DNA of 64,000 nucleotides from Oculina patagonica (Eukaryota): NCBI RefSeq assembly GCF_052425735.1, contig NC_135771.1, positions 23,126,001 to 23,190,000 of the forward strand, read 5' to 3'. Shown piece by piece: positions 39,689 to 53,666 of this stretch (position 1 is its first letter; each line of letters starts with the position of its first letter). The notes under the pieces were generated by a model. It saw only the letters and a program-made list of their open reading frames with translations, ran no database searches and was not told where the DNA came from. The position numbers and the translations under genes were made by a program.

Positions 39689-41758
39689 TGCTGATATCAT
39701 ACGTCTTGTATAGATGCAACTGCTTTACTCGCGCCACGTAAGATACCAACAAATTTCATTTTCGCTAAAACAGCTGCATTTGGAGAATCCAAGAACATCA
39801 ACATGGCGTGCACATTCCAAAAAAGCTGAAGTGTTACGGAGTTACAAGCAAACAAACCAGATCACGTCTCTTACTCCGACTGACTTAGTAACATTTGCAG
39901 TTTTTTTACAATATATCAGAGTAGAAAATATAACCAATTTTCCTTCGTGTTCTGAAAAGTAGTTATTCTAAACAACAATTTTTCTTTATACATGGAGAGT
40001 GATCATTTCAGATATTTAACAGTCAACCATTTTCGTTGCCTAACCAGTATTGGGTAAACAAAGGACGCCATATGAGCACCATTTCATTAAAACATTGCCT
40101 GTTTTAAGGAAAACGTTTACGTCACTCTTATTTGACATTGAGTACTTTCCTTCTTTACTAAGTATTTCTTAATGGTTACGTTGTATGTTTTAGAAATTCA
40201 AGTGTAGTCCAAAATGTTTTTAGTTGCAGTTTATTATCTAGGCAACAGCAGAAAATTTATTGGGCTTCCCCCCTTTGGTAGACTGTGTCGTCCTTTGTTT
40301 ATATTTGCAAGCTTTGAGCGTAGTTTTTTGTTCAACAATTGAATAAACATGTATAAAAGAATGGCTGTTGATTTTCACGCTCTCTATGGCTAGTCGTAGG
40401 TTGCTTGAAACTTTTATGACGAGTAAAATTTTCTATTTTTTTGTTCAACGAAATTTGTTCACTAATTAAATATTGAGAAGGCCACCCTAGTTAAATGCAA
40501 TTGAGCATGCGATGTGTTTGAGATCTCCTGGCGCCAAATGGTCTGAGCTGTTATAGCGTGAGCGTCAACAATACTTTTCCTAATTTCAAGCTATGGATTT
40601 CATGTTCTATATTTTACATAATTAGGACATTTGAAAGGACGAGAAGCACGGAACGCATTGAGTTCTTCAAAAAGACCAAACCAAGAGGAGATCACGGAAG
40701 AGTGAACGGACTTCAAAGAGAAAAACTTACAGAAGAGACGCCATTGTAGTAAGTTAAAGTTGTAACTAGATTACAATATTAGGGAAAGGGTGAATAGATG
40801 TACACAAATCCGCCGATCCGGATTTTTTTGGCCAAATCCGTAAATCCGCCACTGTTTTCGTTCAAATCCGAATCCGCAAAACTTGAAAACTTTGTGTGGT
40901 GTAGTTCCACTCTTTTAAGACGATTTGTTTTATTGCTCGTTTTTGTAACAATTTCGTCAACATACCGACAAAGCTAGACCGACCAATGCGAACTGAGCTT
41001 CGTTTTAGTATCCACGTAATTAGAGCTTCCTGACATGAAGAGTCCGGAATCCGCCTTAAAATTTCTCAGTTAATCCGCGATCCCGTATTTTTTAGGTACA
41101 GGAATTTGCTCGATATGCGATGTATCGCAAAAATCCGTAATCCGGGCGCGTTTTTAGGCCCAATACGTCGATCCGCGAGCCCTTTCATCGCCTTCATCAA
41201 ACAGATAGCGGATAGGCGAAAAAGAGCAAGTAGCGAATAGAATGACGACAAAGCAACGTGTATAATTGCACATCCGTATAAAAACCGAATTTCTAAGTGT
41301 TATATAATTTTATGATTTTCAGGCGTTATCGTTTAAATTTAGCTGCGATCGTGTTTGAGGTAGAACCGCACCTATCTTTTGTTGGTATTTGCTTGTTTTT
41401 GTTTCTATAATTTCGTTACTCATTCCGTGGTTTTACGGATACTTTTGTAGGGATATTTATCTTTAAATAAAACCATGGAATAGGGGAATCTTTATACCAC
41501 TACAATCTATAATCAGATATATAATCTAGTTGCAAAATGGGGCCCTACAGTGTTATACCATCCTAGTAATACGAAATAGTACAGTGTAATGACGTGCTAT
41601 ATTTTGTTTGTCACTGACCTTATATGGTCAAATGACGTAATAGTGTAATAATAAATATAATTAATATTAATAACATGCTTATTATTCCACAGTCCTGCGA
41701 GATATCCATTCAGTACCTCAGACGGAACACACTCATCACCGAACAACTTCGACTAAAA

Positions 41759-42569
41759 ATGAAGTACTTTCTTGTCCTTTGTGCCGTTTTCTTCTGCTGG
41801 ACCTTTGTCTCTGGTAAGGTCGTAGTTAGTCAATTCTGCCACTTTGTGTGTGTTTTTTTAACTTCGGAGAAAAAGCATAAATTTTTCCAAAGCATGAACG
41901 TACCGCATTTAAATAAAAACTTGAAGACGACCGTAATCTGTGATCAGTGAATCATCATTACTTTGCTTTTTATCCCCGCGCGGATTTGCAGAGTAGCTTA
42001 TACAGCTAGTATCTCCGAGCATTTCACAGTACACAGCCCAATGACAAAGACCAGACCACAACACAGGGAACTCCACACCCTACGCGCCCTTTAGTGAATA
42101 ACTAAACGACGAGTGAAGGAAATCTCAATGCAATCTCAATTTCCCCAGTCCCTTGGCACTTCGTGAAATCGAGGTTCCACTGTACTTGTAAACAACACAT
42201 GCGCCTTAACTGAGCTATTTTTTTCCTTTTATTTTAGCTGGCAGCATCAAGTGTTATGTTTGTATTGGTACTGACGATGAATGTGCAAAGGATAAACTGG
42301 TAGCAGACAAAGCTAAATACTTGGTGACATGTCCCTTCTTATCAATGGATCGCTGCATTACGGCCTGGGCTAAAAAAGATGACATAACATCACTGGTGAA
42401 GTTGTGCTCCACGAAATCACAGTGTGATGTTGTCAAAAAGAGCTGTGATGAAATGACAGATGGACAATGTGCTGTCAACTGCTGTGATACTGACGAGTGT
42501 AACGCGGGCTCGATTGGATTGCCAGTGAGAAAAAAACTTTTATTTTTCTTCAGTAGAATAACGCAGTGA
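41759..42569 (+). CDS. Ly6/uPAR three-finger protein, copy 2. Exons 41759-41813 and 42238-42569 (128 aa); possible exon 3 at 42786-42827
   Basis: Same signal-peptide exon and GT/AG intron as copy 1. Exon 2 reads GSIKCYVCIGTDDECAKDK...NCCDTDECN. Confidence 0.85.
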
Positions 42570-43911
42570 CCGACTGTTAGGCAAACTCGCAATGTGATTG
42601 GCTACGCATGCGCGTAATTTTCGATAGATTGCCTTTGGAGCGCGCAAAATCACAAACCAAAACTATAAATAATAAAACTATAAATAAAATAAATGAACCC
42701 TCTCTTTTTTACATGAGCCTTTCCTCGCACACAACTCCCCACTTAATCTGCAACAGCGTTTAGTTCTTTTTTTTTTCCTTCACAGATTCCAAGTAGCAAT
42801 CCAGCAATGAAGGACTCATCGGTTTGAATCAATTCAAGAAACTTGATAGCAGTTAAGGTGGAAACAAGCTAGGACACAAGATACTAGAAATATGGACGTA
42901 AAATAAAACACAAAATACATTCTGTAAGTTAAAAATAATAAAGAAAAGAAGCAATGAACACAAGCCGTTTGTTTGATGTAACGGGGATAGTTAAAACACC
43001 GCTAACCTAATTTTTCAAGGTTGGCTCTTACATAAACAAAAATTTAGGCTATTTAGGTTCTTATTTTCTGATCATGAAGAAAAATTTACATTGTTGCTAA
43101 TAGAATTCATAGCTTTACTCTTTCTATGTTTATTTATGTGAATGCTCAAAAATAATATTTTATGATTTTCAGCAATGGCAGTTCAGTTGCAACTGGAGTG
43201 ATAAGGCTTCTAGGTTAGGTACTTCCGATGAGGATCCAGAATGTTGATTTATCTTAGTTTCCCAAAACTAAACATTTTGAATCAGTTTTCGAAAATAAGA
43301 ACCTGTTACCAAATTTTAGGCTGAATAGGTACTTATAAAAAGGGGTCTAATTGGCAAATCTTAAATGGTAGGTTCTTCCTCGCGGGTTTTAACTGTATTT
43401 CCACTCCCCCCTGGATGGGATGCCAGTCCATCGCAGGGCCGAGTACCCCAGTATTAGTTCGCCTGTACCCATTTATAAACCGGGGCGAAGAGAGGCACTA
43501 TGAGAGAAAAGTTTCCTGCCCAAAGATAGAAAACAGTGACCCTGGCCAGGGGAACGAAGACCGCTCTATTAGGAGTTAAGCGCGCTAACCAAATTAGGCC
43601 ACCGCGCCTTCCTCATCGCGATTCCTTAAAGAAGCATTTAAAACATGGCGTCTTTTTGTGCTAAATACTGCACATTCGCCACCAACCCACACTGTTTTTG
43701 CGCTATTCCGTTCTCCCTTAAAACGAAAGAAAATACATCATTTCTGAGAACGAGGTTGCTGAAAGTGTTTTGTTGTCGGTTGAGCGAAGCGAAAAACAAT
43801 AATATGACGTTGATAGGCGTTTATGTTAAGAAATGTTAACAAAACTCCAATATAATTCATATCTGTAAAATTTAAATTATACGCCTGCGACGCAAATGAT
43901 TTCACATGTCT

Positions 43912-44042
43912 TGAGAACAGCGGTTTGTTGACCAAAATCCCATCTTTCCGTAAAACAGCTTCATTTTAGTGACGCCAGGAACTCTTATCAGTATTGCGTG
44001 CAGATTCTAAGAAAGCTGAAGTGTTACGGAGTTACAAGCAAA
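43912..44042 (+). pseudogene. 3' relic of fibrinogen-like exon 3 carried in the Ly6 duplication unit
   Basis: ACAGCGGTTTGTTGACC..CCCATCTTTCCGTAAAACAGCT..AAGCTGAAGTGTTACGGAGTTACAAGCAAA matches the end of exon 3. Confidence 0.7.
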
Positions 44043-45989
44043 CAAACCAGATCACGTCTCTTACTCCGATTGACTTAGTAACATTTGCAGTTTTTTTTAC
44101 AATATATCAGAGTAGAAAATATAACCAATTTTCCTTCGGTTTCTAAAAAGTAGTTATTCTAAACAACAATTTTTTTTATACATGGAGGGTGATAATTTCA
44201 GATATCTAATTGTCAATCATTTTCGTTACCTAACCAGTATTGGGTAAACTTTTGGCGCCATATATACGAGCACCATTTTCTTAAAACATTGCGTGTTTTA
44301 AGTAAAACGTTTACTTAAAACGTCACTCTTATTTGACATTGAGTACTTTCCTTCTTTACTAAGTATTTTTTAATGGTTACGTTGTATGTCTTAGAAATTC
44401 AAGTGTCGTCCAAAATGTTTTTAGTTGCAGTTTATTATCCAGGCAACAACTGAAAATTTTCTTGGGCTTCCCCCCTTTGGTAGACTGTGTCGTCTTTTGT
44501 TTATATTTGCAAGCTTTGAGCGTAGTTTTTTGTTCAACAATTGAATTAAACATGTATAAAAGAATGGCTGTTGATTTTCACGCTCTCTATGGCTAGTCGT
44601 AGGTTGCTTGAAATTTTTATGACGAGTAAAATTTTATATTTTTTTGCTCAACGAAATTTGTTCACTAAGTAAATATTGAGAAGGCCACCCTAGTTAAATA
44701 CAAGTGAGCATGCGCTGTGTTTGAGATCTCCTGGCGCCAGAAAGTCTGCGCTGTTATAGCGTGAGCGTGAACAACACTTTTCCTAATTTGAAGCTATGGA
44801 TTTCATGTTCTATATTTTACATAATTAGGACATTTGAAAGGACGAGAAGCAGGGAACGCATTGAGTTCTTCAAAGAGACCAAACCAAGAGGAGATCACGG
44901 GAGAGTGATCGGACTTCAAAGAGAAAACCTTACAGAAGAGAAGCCATTTTAGTAAGCTATAGTTGTAACTAGACTACAATATTAACGGAGACGGTGAATA
45001 GATGTACACAAATCCGCCGATCCGGATTTTTTTTGGTCAAATCCGTAAATCCGCCACTATTTTCGTTCAAATCCGAATCCGCAAAACTTGAAAACTTTGT
45101 GTGGTGTAGTTCCACTCTTTTAAGAAGATTCGTTTTATTGCTCGTTTTTGTAACAATTTCGTCAACATACCGACAAAGCTAGACCGACCAAAGCGATCTG
45201 AGCTTCGTTTTAGTATCCACGTAATTAGAGCTTCCTGACACGAAGAGTCCGGAATCCGGAATCCGGAATCCGCGATCCAATATTTTTGAGGTCCGGGGAT
45301 TTGCTCGATATGAGATATCGATGTATCGCAAACTGAAATCCGCAATCCGGGCGCGTTTTTAGGCCCAATACGTCGATCTGCGAGCCTTTTCATCCCCCTC
45401 ATTAAACAGATAGCAGATATGTGAAAAAGAGCAAGTAGCGAATAGAATGACGACAAAGCAACGTGTATAATTGGACCCGAAAACATGCGTATTCGGGCCG
45501 AATTTCTAAATTTTATATAATTTTACGATTTTAAGGCATGATCGTTTAAATTTTGCGGCGATCGTGTTTAAAAATTTGAGGTAGATTCACATCTATCTTT
45601 TGCAACGTTAAATGCTTCGCGGTTGATATTTGTATGTTTTTGTTTTTATAATTTCTTTACAGTCAAAATTAATACATACACTCATTCCATGTTTTTACAG
45701 AAACTTTTCTTTAAAACCATGGAATAGGTGCATTTTTTTACCACTACAATAATTTTTCCCGTCTATAATCTTGTTGCAAAATGGGGCCCTACAGTGTAAA
45801 ACGAAATAGTACAGTGTAATGACGTGTTATATTTTGTCACTGACCTTATATGGTCAAATGACGTAATAGTGTTTTAATAAATATTAATAATATTAATAAC
45901 ATGCTAATTATCCCACAGTCCTGCGAGATATCCATTCAGTACCTCAGACGGAACACACTCATCACCGAACAACTTCGACTAAAAAATAA

Positions 45990-46767
45990 ATGAAGTACTT
46001 TCTTGTCCTTTTTGCCGTTTTCTTCTGCTGGACCTTTGTCTCTGGTAAGGTCGTAGTTAGTCAATTCTGCCATTTTGTGTGTCTTTTTTTAACTTCGGAG
46101 GTAAAAGCATAAATTTTTCCAAAGCATGAACGTACCGCATTTAAATAAAAACTTGAAGACGACCGTAATCTGTGATCAGTGAATCATCATTACTTTGCTT
46201 TTTACCCCCGCGCGGAATTGCAGAGTAGCTAATACAGCTAGTATCTCCGAGCATTTCACAGTACACAGCCCAATGGACAAAAACAAGACCACAACACAGG
46301 GAACTCCACACCCTAAGCGCCCTTTAGTGAATAACTAAACGACGAGTGAAGGAAATCTCAATGCAATCTCAATTTCCCCAGTCCCTTGGCACTTCGTGAA
46401 ATCGAGGTTCCACTGTACTTGTCAACAACACATGCGCCTTAAGCTATTTTTCCCTTTTATTTCAGCTGGCAGCACCAAGTGTTATGCTTGTACCGGTACT
46501 CTCGCTGAATGCGCAAAGGATAAACTGGTAGCAGACAAAGCTAAATACTTGGTGACATGTCCATTATCAAAGGATCGCTGCATTACGGTCTCATGGGTTA
46601 CACATTTTGGCAAAATTTCAGAGTGGAAGTCCTGCCTCACGAAATCAGAGTGTGCTGCTTACAAAAGGGCCTGTGAACACATACCAGATGTACCATGTGC
46701 TGTCAACTGCTGTGTTACTGACGAGTGTAACGCGGGCTCACCTGGATTGAGTGAGAAAAATTTCTAA
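45990..46767 (+). CDS. Ly6/uPAR three-finger protein, copy 3 (divergent loops). Exons 45990-46044 and 46466-46767 (118 aa)
   Basis: Signal exon MKYFLVLFAVFFCWTFVS, TTTCAG acceptor, exon 2 GSTKCYACTG...NCCVTDECN with all 12 Cys. Confidence 0.85.
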
Positions 46768-47257
46768 CTTTCTTTAGTAGCATAACGCAGTGACTGACTG
46801 TTAGGTAAACTCGCAATGTGATTGGCTACGCATGCGCGTAATTTTCGATAGATTGCCTTTGGAGCGCGCAAAATCACAAACCAAAACTATAAATAATAAA
46901 ACTATAAATAAAATAAATGAACCCTCTCTTTTTTACATGAGCCTTTCTTCGCACACAACTCCCCACTCAATCTGCAACAGCGTTCAGTTCTTTTTTTATT
47001 TCCTCCACAGATTCCAAGTAGCAATCAGGCAATGAAGGACTCATCGGTTTGAATTAATTCAAGAAACTTGATAACAGTTAACAGGTTAACTGGTTAAGGT
47101 AGAATCAAGCTAGGACACAAGATACAAGAAATATGGACGTAAATTAAAACACAAAATACATTCTGTAAGTTAAAAATAATAAAGAAAAGAAGCAATGAAC
47201 ACAAGGCATTTGCTTGAAGTAGCGGGGATAGTTAAATCACCGGTACCTCGAATTCCA

Positions 47258-47545
47258 AAGGTAGATAGGAAGGTTAAGTCTGAGGTGCCAAGTGGCCCAT
47301 ACCGCCAGAGCTTTATATCCGGTTTCTGTAGCATTAAGCGACTAGGAGTAGTTCTACTTCCCCCTGGATTGAATGCTAGTCCATCGCAGGGCCGATTACC
47401 CCAGTATTATGTCGCCGATACCCATTTATACACCGGGGAGGAGAGAGGCACTAGCGCACTATGAGAGGAAAGTGTCCTGCCCAAGAACACAACACAGTGA
47501 CCCTGGCCAGGGCTCGAATCCCTGTTTTAGGCCACCGCGCCTTCC
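47258..47545 (-). mobile_element. tRNA-derived SINE; other pieces at 43395-43612 (-) and 1-52 (+)
   Basis: Minus strand reads GGAAGGCGCGGTGGCCTAA (A-box-like) .. GGATTCGAGCCC (B box) .. TTCTTGGGCAGGACACTTT .. GTGTATAAATGGGTA .. simple ACCTT-like tail. Confidence 0.7.
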
Positions 47546-50500
47546 ACGCGTTTCCTGAAAGAAGCATTTAAAACATCTCGTCTTTTTGTGCTAAATACTG
47601 CACATTCGCCACCAGCCTACACTGCTTTTGCGCTATCGTGTTCTGCCTTAAAACGCACAAAAACTATCAGCTCTGACAAGGAGCTCGAGGTTGCTGAAAG
47701 CTTGTTGTCAGCCAAGCGAAGAACAATAATGCTACGTCGACAGTCGTTTATTATCCTCGGCTTAGCGAGCAACCATAAATGAACGTAAAGTAAAAGAGTT
47801 CATTTCTTGATATGAACTTTTAGTTCCTTTTTAAAATTGAGAATATATTGTTTATATCGTAAAATTCTCTAGAGGCAAGGAGAATATTCATCTTGTTTTC
47901 TGACGCCTGCTTCAATAATTTTCTTTATTCCTTTTAACGAACGCTTTCAGCAGCTATTACGAGTCGTATTGTATTTTAATTTGAAAAATAAAATTCATAA
48001 AGATGAAAAACTTGTACAAATTTATTTCGCTCTTTCCACTGATTAAACATCAATTAGTGGGATGCAAACCATCTACCGTAATCTATCTGGCAACAAAGAA
48101 AAGTTTGGACACTTGATGCTAGATCTACACTGAAAATGAAATTCTCCACGAGTTGTTTTTAAACGTTTTTTTTTTTTCAGTCGGTATATACGAAGATGTA
48201 TCATTGATTGTATAGCCAAAAATTCAGTCTTTATGAAAATAAATATAAAGGATGAGCATTTCAAAGCACTTTGCAGATACTTTAATATCTTAAAGATTTT
48301 TAGAACTTAAAATTTACATATGGGGATTGAAATTGGAATTAAAGTCTTCGCGCTCTTGTAATTATAAAGTGTGTCTGAAAGCCTAAAATACTAAGAGTGC
48401 TCCATTCGTATTGAATATTAATTTAAGAATAATGTTCCTGGATTCGAGAGCGCTAATAACACACAAACATCTTTGCATTTTTTTTTCGTTTTTAGATTCT
48501 TAATTCCGCGAACAAGTTAAAAGAGTAAAATTGTAGACAGTAAAAATTGTAGTCTTATTTAAAGTTTTCCAACAATTGTTTTTCTTTGCTTTTTTTACAA
48601 ACGCTGCAGCTGCAAGCTAAATTAAGCCACATTTTTTTTTGTCATCATTCCAAATAACAGTAAAATGTTAAGTAAACTCAAATATACCGGTAACGTATAT
48701 CTTAAGACCTCTTTATAGTCTTTCAATTAAAAAATGTTTTGACGGGTTCATACACAAGAATAATAATTTAGCTTTCAGCCATGCGTATTGAATATTTGAA
48801 ACTAAAACACAGCCTTCCACCCAACCTAAGGTGTTCAAAAAGTGTGGATGGAACTGTTTCCAAATGTAACGAAAACTCTAATAATAAGTCCTAGAGAGAC
48901 AGATTCTGCGAAGAAATAAGTATTAAGTTATATACATTCAACTAACTCGATGAATTTATACGGGAACTTTAGTCGAAACTGACTTCTTAATGCCTTTTAA
49001 TTACAAAATGACTTGAGGCTTTTATGCATCCGTTATAATTAAGCCAAGCCATTCGAATTAAATAATTAAAAGTAGAAGACGTCAATTTTCCCGCATGTTT
49101 TGTTTGCATCCTTTGAGAGTAACATTCTTGGAAATTCCGTGTAAAAAGAATTGTAGTCTTGTTGTTAGAAGTTTTTTCTTTCGTTTCATCAAATGCTTCG
49201 GCATGTGATGCAAGCAAAATCATACTTATTTTGTTAACACTCTAAAGGAATATTAAAATATTAAGGTTGTTTTTTTTACCGTCCCAGGCGTAATTAAGAC
49301 ATTAAACGTGAACATTGAAACTGTTTTCCTTGTTGTGAGCGCTGTATATTTTTTTGATCCGTTCTTAGAAAAAAATCTACTTTCACTGACAAGAAAAAGA
49401 GAAAAATAATTTTACAATTTAAAAGAATAATTACAACGGTTTATCTTTCTGTTTTTCCAAGAAACTGTCCACTCATTTTAACTTAAGGTCGTATTTCGTC
49501 AAACTCAACTCATGAATGTTTAACATTAACCGTAAAAGATAAATAAACATTACTAACAGATCCAAGTTAAATACCAACGACAAACGTATTAACAAAAACA
49601 TGTCATTTAATAGACTCAACTGCAATGCAATAGTTTCTTGCGAAAATTGAAGTTAACTTTTATAATTACGCAAAACACTTTGCAGTATAAGCTAGTGTTG
49701 ACATAGCTTGTTGAATTTAATAGTACTTGTAGAGTTTAATAACTTGTAGTTTAAATAGCATTCATAAAACCTGTCAATCGAAATTGACAATATAGCTGAC
49801 TTATTCAGACGTTTTTCATTGTTAAAAGACCAGACGAACAATTATTTGCAACTCTTTTCAAATCCTTCATTACATGAACAAGATAAGACTGAAAATTTCT
49901 CGACAGTAAAGAATAATTGTAAATTATTACAGTATTGTTTTCTGTTAGTGACCAAGCAACAGTTTTCTCTTCCGTTTATTAACCAGGTGTTGCAAGTCAT
50001 TATCGTATTTTGTCGTCTTCCTCCTAGCATTTCAAACTAATGTAACAACAATTAACAAAAACGCCTCGCTTATACACAGAAAAGAGATTAAACAGAGATT
50101 CGAGTTTTTGCAAGGGTGAGAAAAAAAAGTAAAATTCTACACAATTAAAAAGAATGGTAGTCTTGTTTTAAGTTTGTCCCAAGCAGAAATTTTCCTCTTC
50201 TTTTAAACGAATGCTTTAGCAGGTGTTACAACGGTAGGCATATACGATCTTGTCAACAGTCCAAATAAAAATATTAAGAGAACCCAAATATAGAAAACGT
50301 TTATACGAGAATAAAAACCGTAATTGACGTCCTGTTCGTCATATAATGTGATGAAGGTTTTACGTTTCGCCCCCAAAGTAAATAATTCACTTTAGACATG
50401 AGAATTAAAACTGTTTTTCTTGTTATGAAGTTTGCATTATTTTTGCACCTCACGAGCACGTTTTAGTTTTTAACTCTTATAAACTACAAAGGAATCGTCT

Positions 50501-51012
50501 ATTCCACGGACAAGAAAAAAATTCTCGAAAATTAATAACAATAATTAATGTTCGCTTTCTGTTTTTACCTAGTAACCGTTTTTGGCTTTTTTAACGAAAG
50601 TAGGTGATGTGAGTCATATTGTATTTCGTCAGAAAAGGCAAATTATGAATATAATGTTTGATTATGAAACAGAAATACCCATATCATCTTTTTATCAAAA
50701 AAATCAGTTATTTCCCAAGATTTAACTTGCTAACAAATACACGTCGTCGCTCTTTAAAATTCGAATTTCGAAATTTCGAAAATTTGTAAAAGCTCCGAAA
50801 ATTCCAAACTCAAATTTCAAGTTAATTTTTAAAATTACACAAACCATTTTGCAATTTTTACATAAACAGCTAGGAAAAATTAATAACGTAAGGCACTGTA
50901 CGTAACGTAAAAATCTGTCAATTAACATAACTGACATATTCAAACATGGTTTGAAACTTAAGGTGTTCCTGCATCCTCAAATAACACATTTTGTTGTTGG
51001 CAGCCCCGCGCC

Positions 51013-52423
51013 ATGGTGCTGCTACCACTCCTGTTGTTTGTTATCTCCCAAACGATGCGCGCTATGGAAAATAGCGCGCTTTATCGAAATCCAACAGGCG
51101 GCTTTTCTGTTGGGGAATTTACCCAAAATTCCTTCCATTATCTATGGGTGCAGAAAATAACATCGTCCAAGGTGGCAGACCAGTTTGATTGCACTTTCCT
51201 TTGTGTTGCTGAACCAAAGTGTTTATCGTTCAACGTTGCAGCGCATCCTGACTCGAAAGGTCTCTATCTGTGTGAGTTGTTGGCCACTGACAAGTACAGA
51301 GCAACTAAAAAGTTTCACGCCAATGCTACATTCCATCATTACAGTCCACCGGTAAGAGTTATCAGATCATACACAATTTTTCTGCTGACTTATTAATACT
51401 TGCAGGTTGGATAATATAACCGATTTTGACTTTATTTTCAGTCTCTATGTGAAAGCGAGCCTTGCAAGAACGGTGCCGAATGTGTTCCTGAATATGAACT
51501 GAACTCCTATCGATGTCGCTGCAAGCCGGGATTCACTGGAACTTACTGCGAATTGGCAGCAGGTACAAATTTCAAAAGTTCACATGTTGATATATACAAT
51601 TGCAAAGCTAGTTAGATTGAAAAGTTACGAACACTTTTTACAACTGTGTTTTTTAGTGGAGTTTCCCGTCATTTAGTTCTGATGTGCATTTCTAGTACGT
51701 TTTAGTATCATTACATCCCCTCCCTGGCAGTCCCTGCGCCTCGTCAATTTTTAAATAATAAAACCAACTTGGTAATTTGTAATTTATTTTGACATTTCAA
51801 CATTTTCTCTTGCAGAAAGCTGTAGTGTGATTAAGTTAAGCAATCCTAAAGCTCCAAGTGGCTCTTACGTCATCGACCCTGATGGAGAAGGAGGCGTGAC
51901 ACCTTTCACTGTTGACTGTGATATGACTGACAAGAACAACGTTGGCGTGACAGTCATCAGTCACGACAGTGAAGACAGAACACACGTGACAGGATGTTCC
52001 CCACGAGGCTGTTATATACGTGACATCCACTACACTGGGGCAGATCTTCTCCAGCTGGGAAGCCTAACGGCCATATCTGCACACTGTGAGCAATTTATTA
52101 AGTACGAGTGTCGTGGCTCAGTGCTCTTATACAACGGTATCATGTATGGCTGGTGGGTGTCACGTGATGGAGACACGATGACGTATTGGGGAGGAAGTAA
52201 CTCCAGCTTTCCTTACAAGTGCGCATGCGGAGTAACTGGCGCCTGTGTAAACACCGGATATGGATGCAACTGTGACGTAGACGACGGCGTGTGGCGCGAG
52301 GACAGCGGTTTGTTGACTAGCAAATCCCATCTTCCCGTGAAACAGCTGAGATTGGGAGACGCTACTAGTGGTGCCTTTCACACTCTGGGGAAACTGAAGT
52401 GTTACGGAGTTACAAGCAAATAA
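51013..52423 (+). CDS. PAN-EGF-fibrinogen-like protein, copy C. Exons 51013-51351, 51442-51562, 51816-52423 (355 aa)
   Basis: Paralog of A and B with canonical splice sites and an intact frame. Confidence 0.88.
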
Positions 52424-53511
52424 ACCATGCAAATCGTGTTTCTTCCTCCGGCTGACTTAGTAACTTAACACTGCATTCTTGGATGCATCAGTTCTATAAG
52501 TAACCTGCCATGATCATGCACTTAATTAATCCTGGTAATGAATAATTACCATATTGAATTAGGGAAGTGGACTAAATAACAGCGTTAAAATTGTACTTCT
52601 TTTTGCAACCGATGCTTGAAGTCAGAAATAATTTTAAAAACATGATAACAATTTAGGGTCAAATATTTCGTTTCAGTTGTAAATTAAAGTAATTCTGATT
52701 GTATGATTTATTGTTTGCTGTTAAGCTAATTGTGCCACCTGTAAATTAAGGTAAAGTTAATAAAGCATGAGTTAAATAAAAAAGTGTATGGTTATTCATC
52801 CGCTCAGGACTGAAGTTAATATATACACCGAAATTGTTCACTGTGAAAAGAGAAAAATTGAATGAAAAATTTCATAGCTGTTTAAGTTTCGAAATAGCCG
52901 GCTTTAAAAAATCATCAATCGCAACCTCATATATCTACCTGACACGGATTTTTTTTATTAAGGAACACCAGCTTGGAAAAGCAGTGGGTGGGTGGGTGAG
53001 GGCGGGTCGAAAGGAAATCACACGCCAGCTTGAGCGAATTTATAGTTGAAAGCGAATGAAGGCTTCTTCAACTAACAAACATTTTTATGAAAACACTGAG
53101 ACGGAGGAAGAGAAAGGGCCCTAGAAAACAATGTGAGAATAGCGAGCTTCAAAAGAGATAGCTTTGGCGAGAGAACGTGCGCGAGCATCTTTAGAATCCT
53201 CAGGGTACTCGCGAGCATATAAACGCGCGAGGACAGACCACGAACACAATTGTTCTTCCTGTAAATATCTAATTGCCATAACCGCTCTTCAGTAGCTCAA
53301 AGAAAGCGATACAATTTTTGCCTTGTGCGGATCATCCCTGTAGCTGCCAAACAATGCCAAATCCAGACTTAGCGATGTCTTTGCCTTTCGCCAAATTTGA
53401 TAATGGTGTACTTCCAAAGATCTTAAGGTCGATCACGTGACTACTCGCATCCCAGGCCACCACGCAATTCCGCAACATGTACTGGGAGACCTGTGGCCTT
53501 TAAATATTGTA

Positions 53512-53666
53512 CAGTCGAATCCCGATAACTCGAACCTTCAAGGGAAATCGAAAAAGGTTCGAGATATCGGGAGTTCGTGTTATCGAGGGTAAAATTAGTA
53601 AGAAAATGACCCGGGAATTGAGAAAGGTTCGAGTTAGCGGGAGTTCGAGTTATCGGGATTCAACTG
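53512..53666. mobile_element. Tc1/mariner(pogo)-like MITE
   Basis: TA-CAGTCGAATCCCGATAACTCGAAC ... GTTCGAGTTATCGGGATTCAACTG-TA. Confidence 0.75.

Larger units (their letters stand above)
38607..39852 (+). pseudogene. Degenerate exon 3 of the PAN-EGF-fibrinogen-like family, interrupted by two transposon insertions
   Basis: Recognisable segments GACCCTGATGGG..GGCGTGACACCTTTC, TATGGCTGGTGGGTGTCACGTGATGG and AAGCTGAAGTGTTACGGAGTTACAAGCAAA, with frameshifts and stops. Confidence 0.8.
39820..47250 (+). repeat. Tandem segmental duplication of the ~3.3-kb Ly6 unit (~39820-43000 and ~44010-47250); third copy inverted at ~55-4200
   Basis: Collinear near-identical upstream regions, introns and 3' flanks. 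Confidence 0.85.

Noticed and set aside
43540-43612. tRNA-like A/B boxes (also ~47500-47545)
   Set aside because: Heads of degenerate SINEs; no complete cloverleaf.
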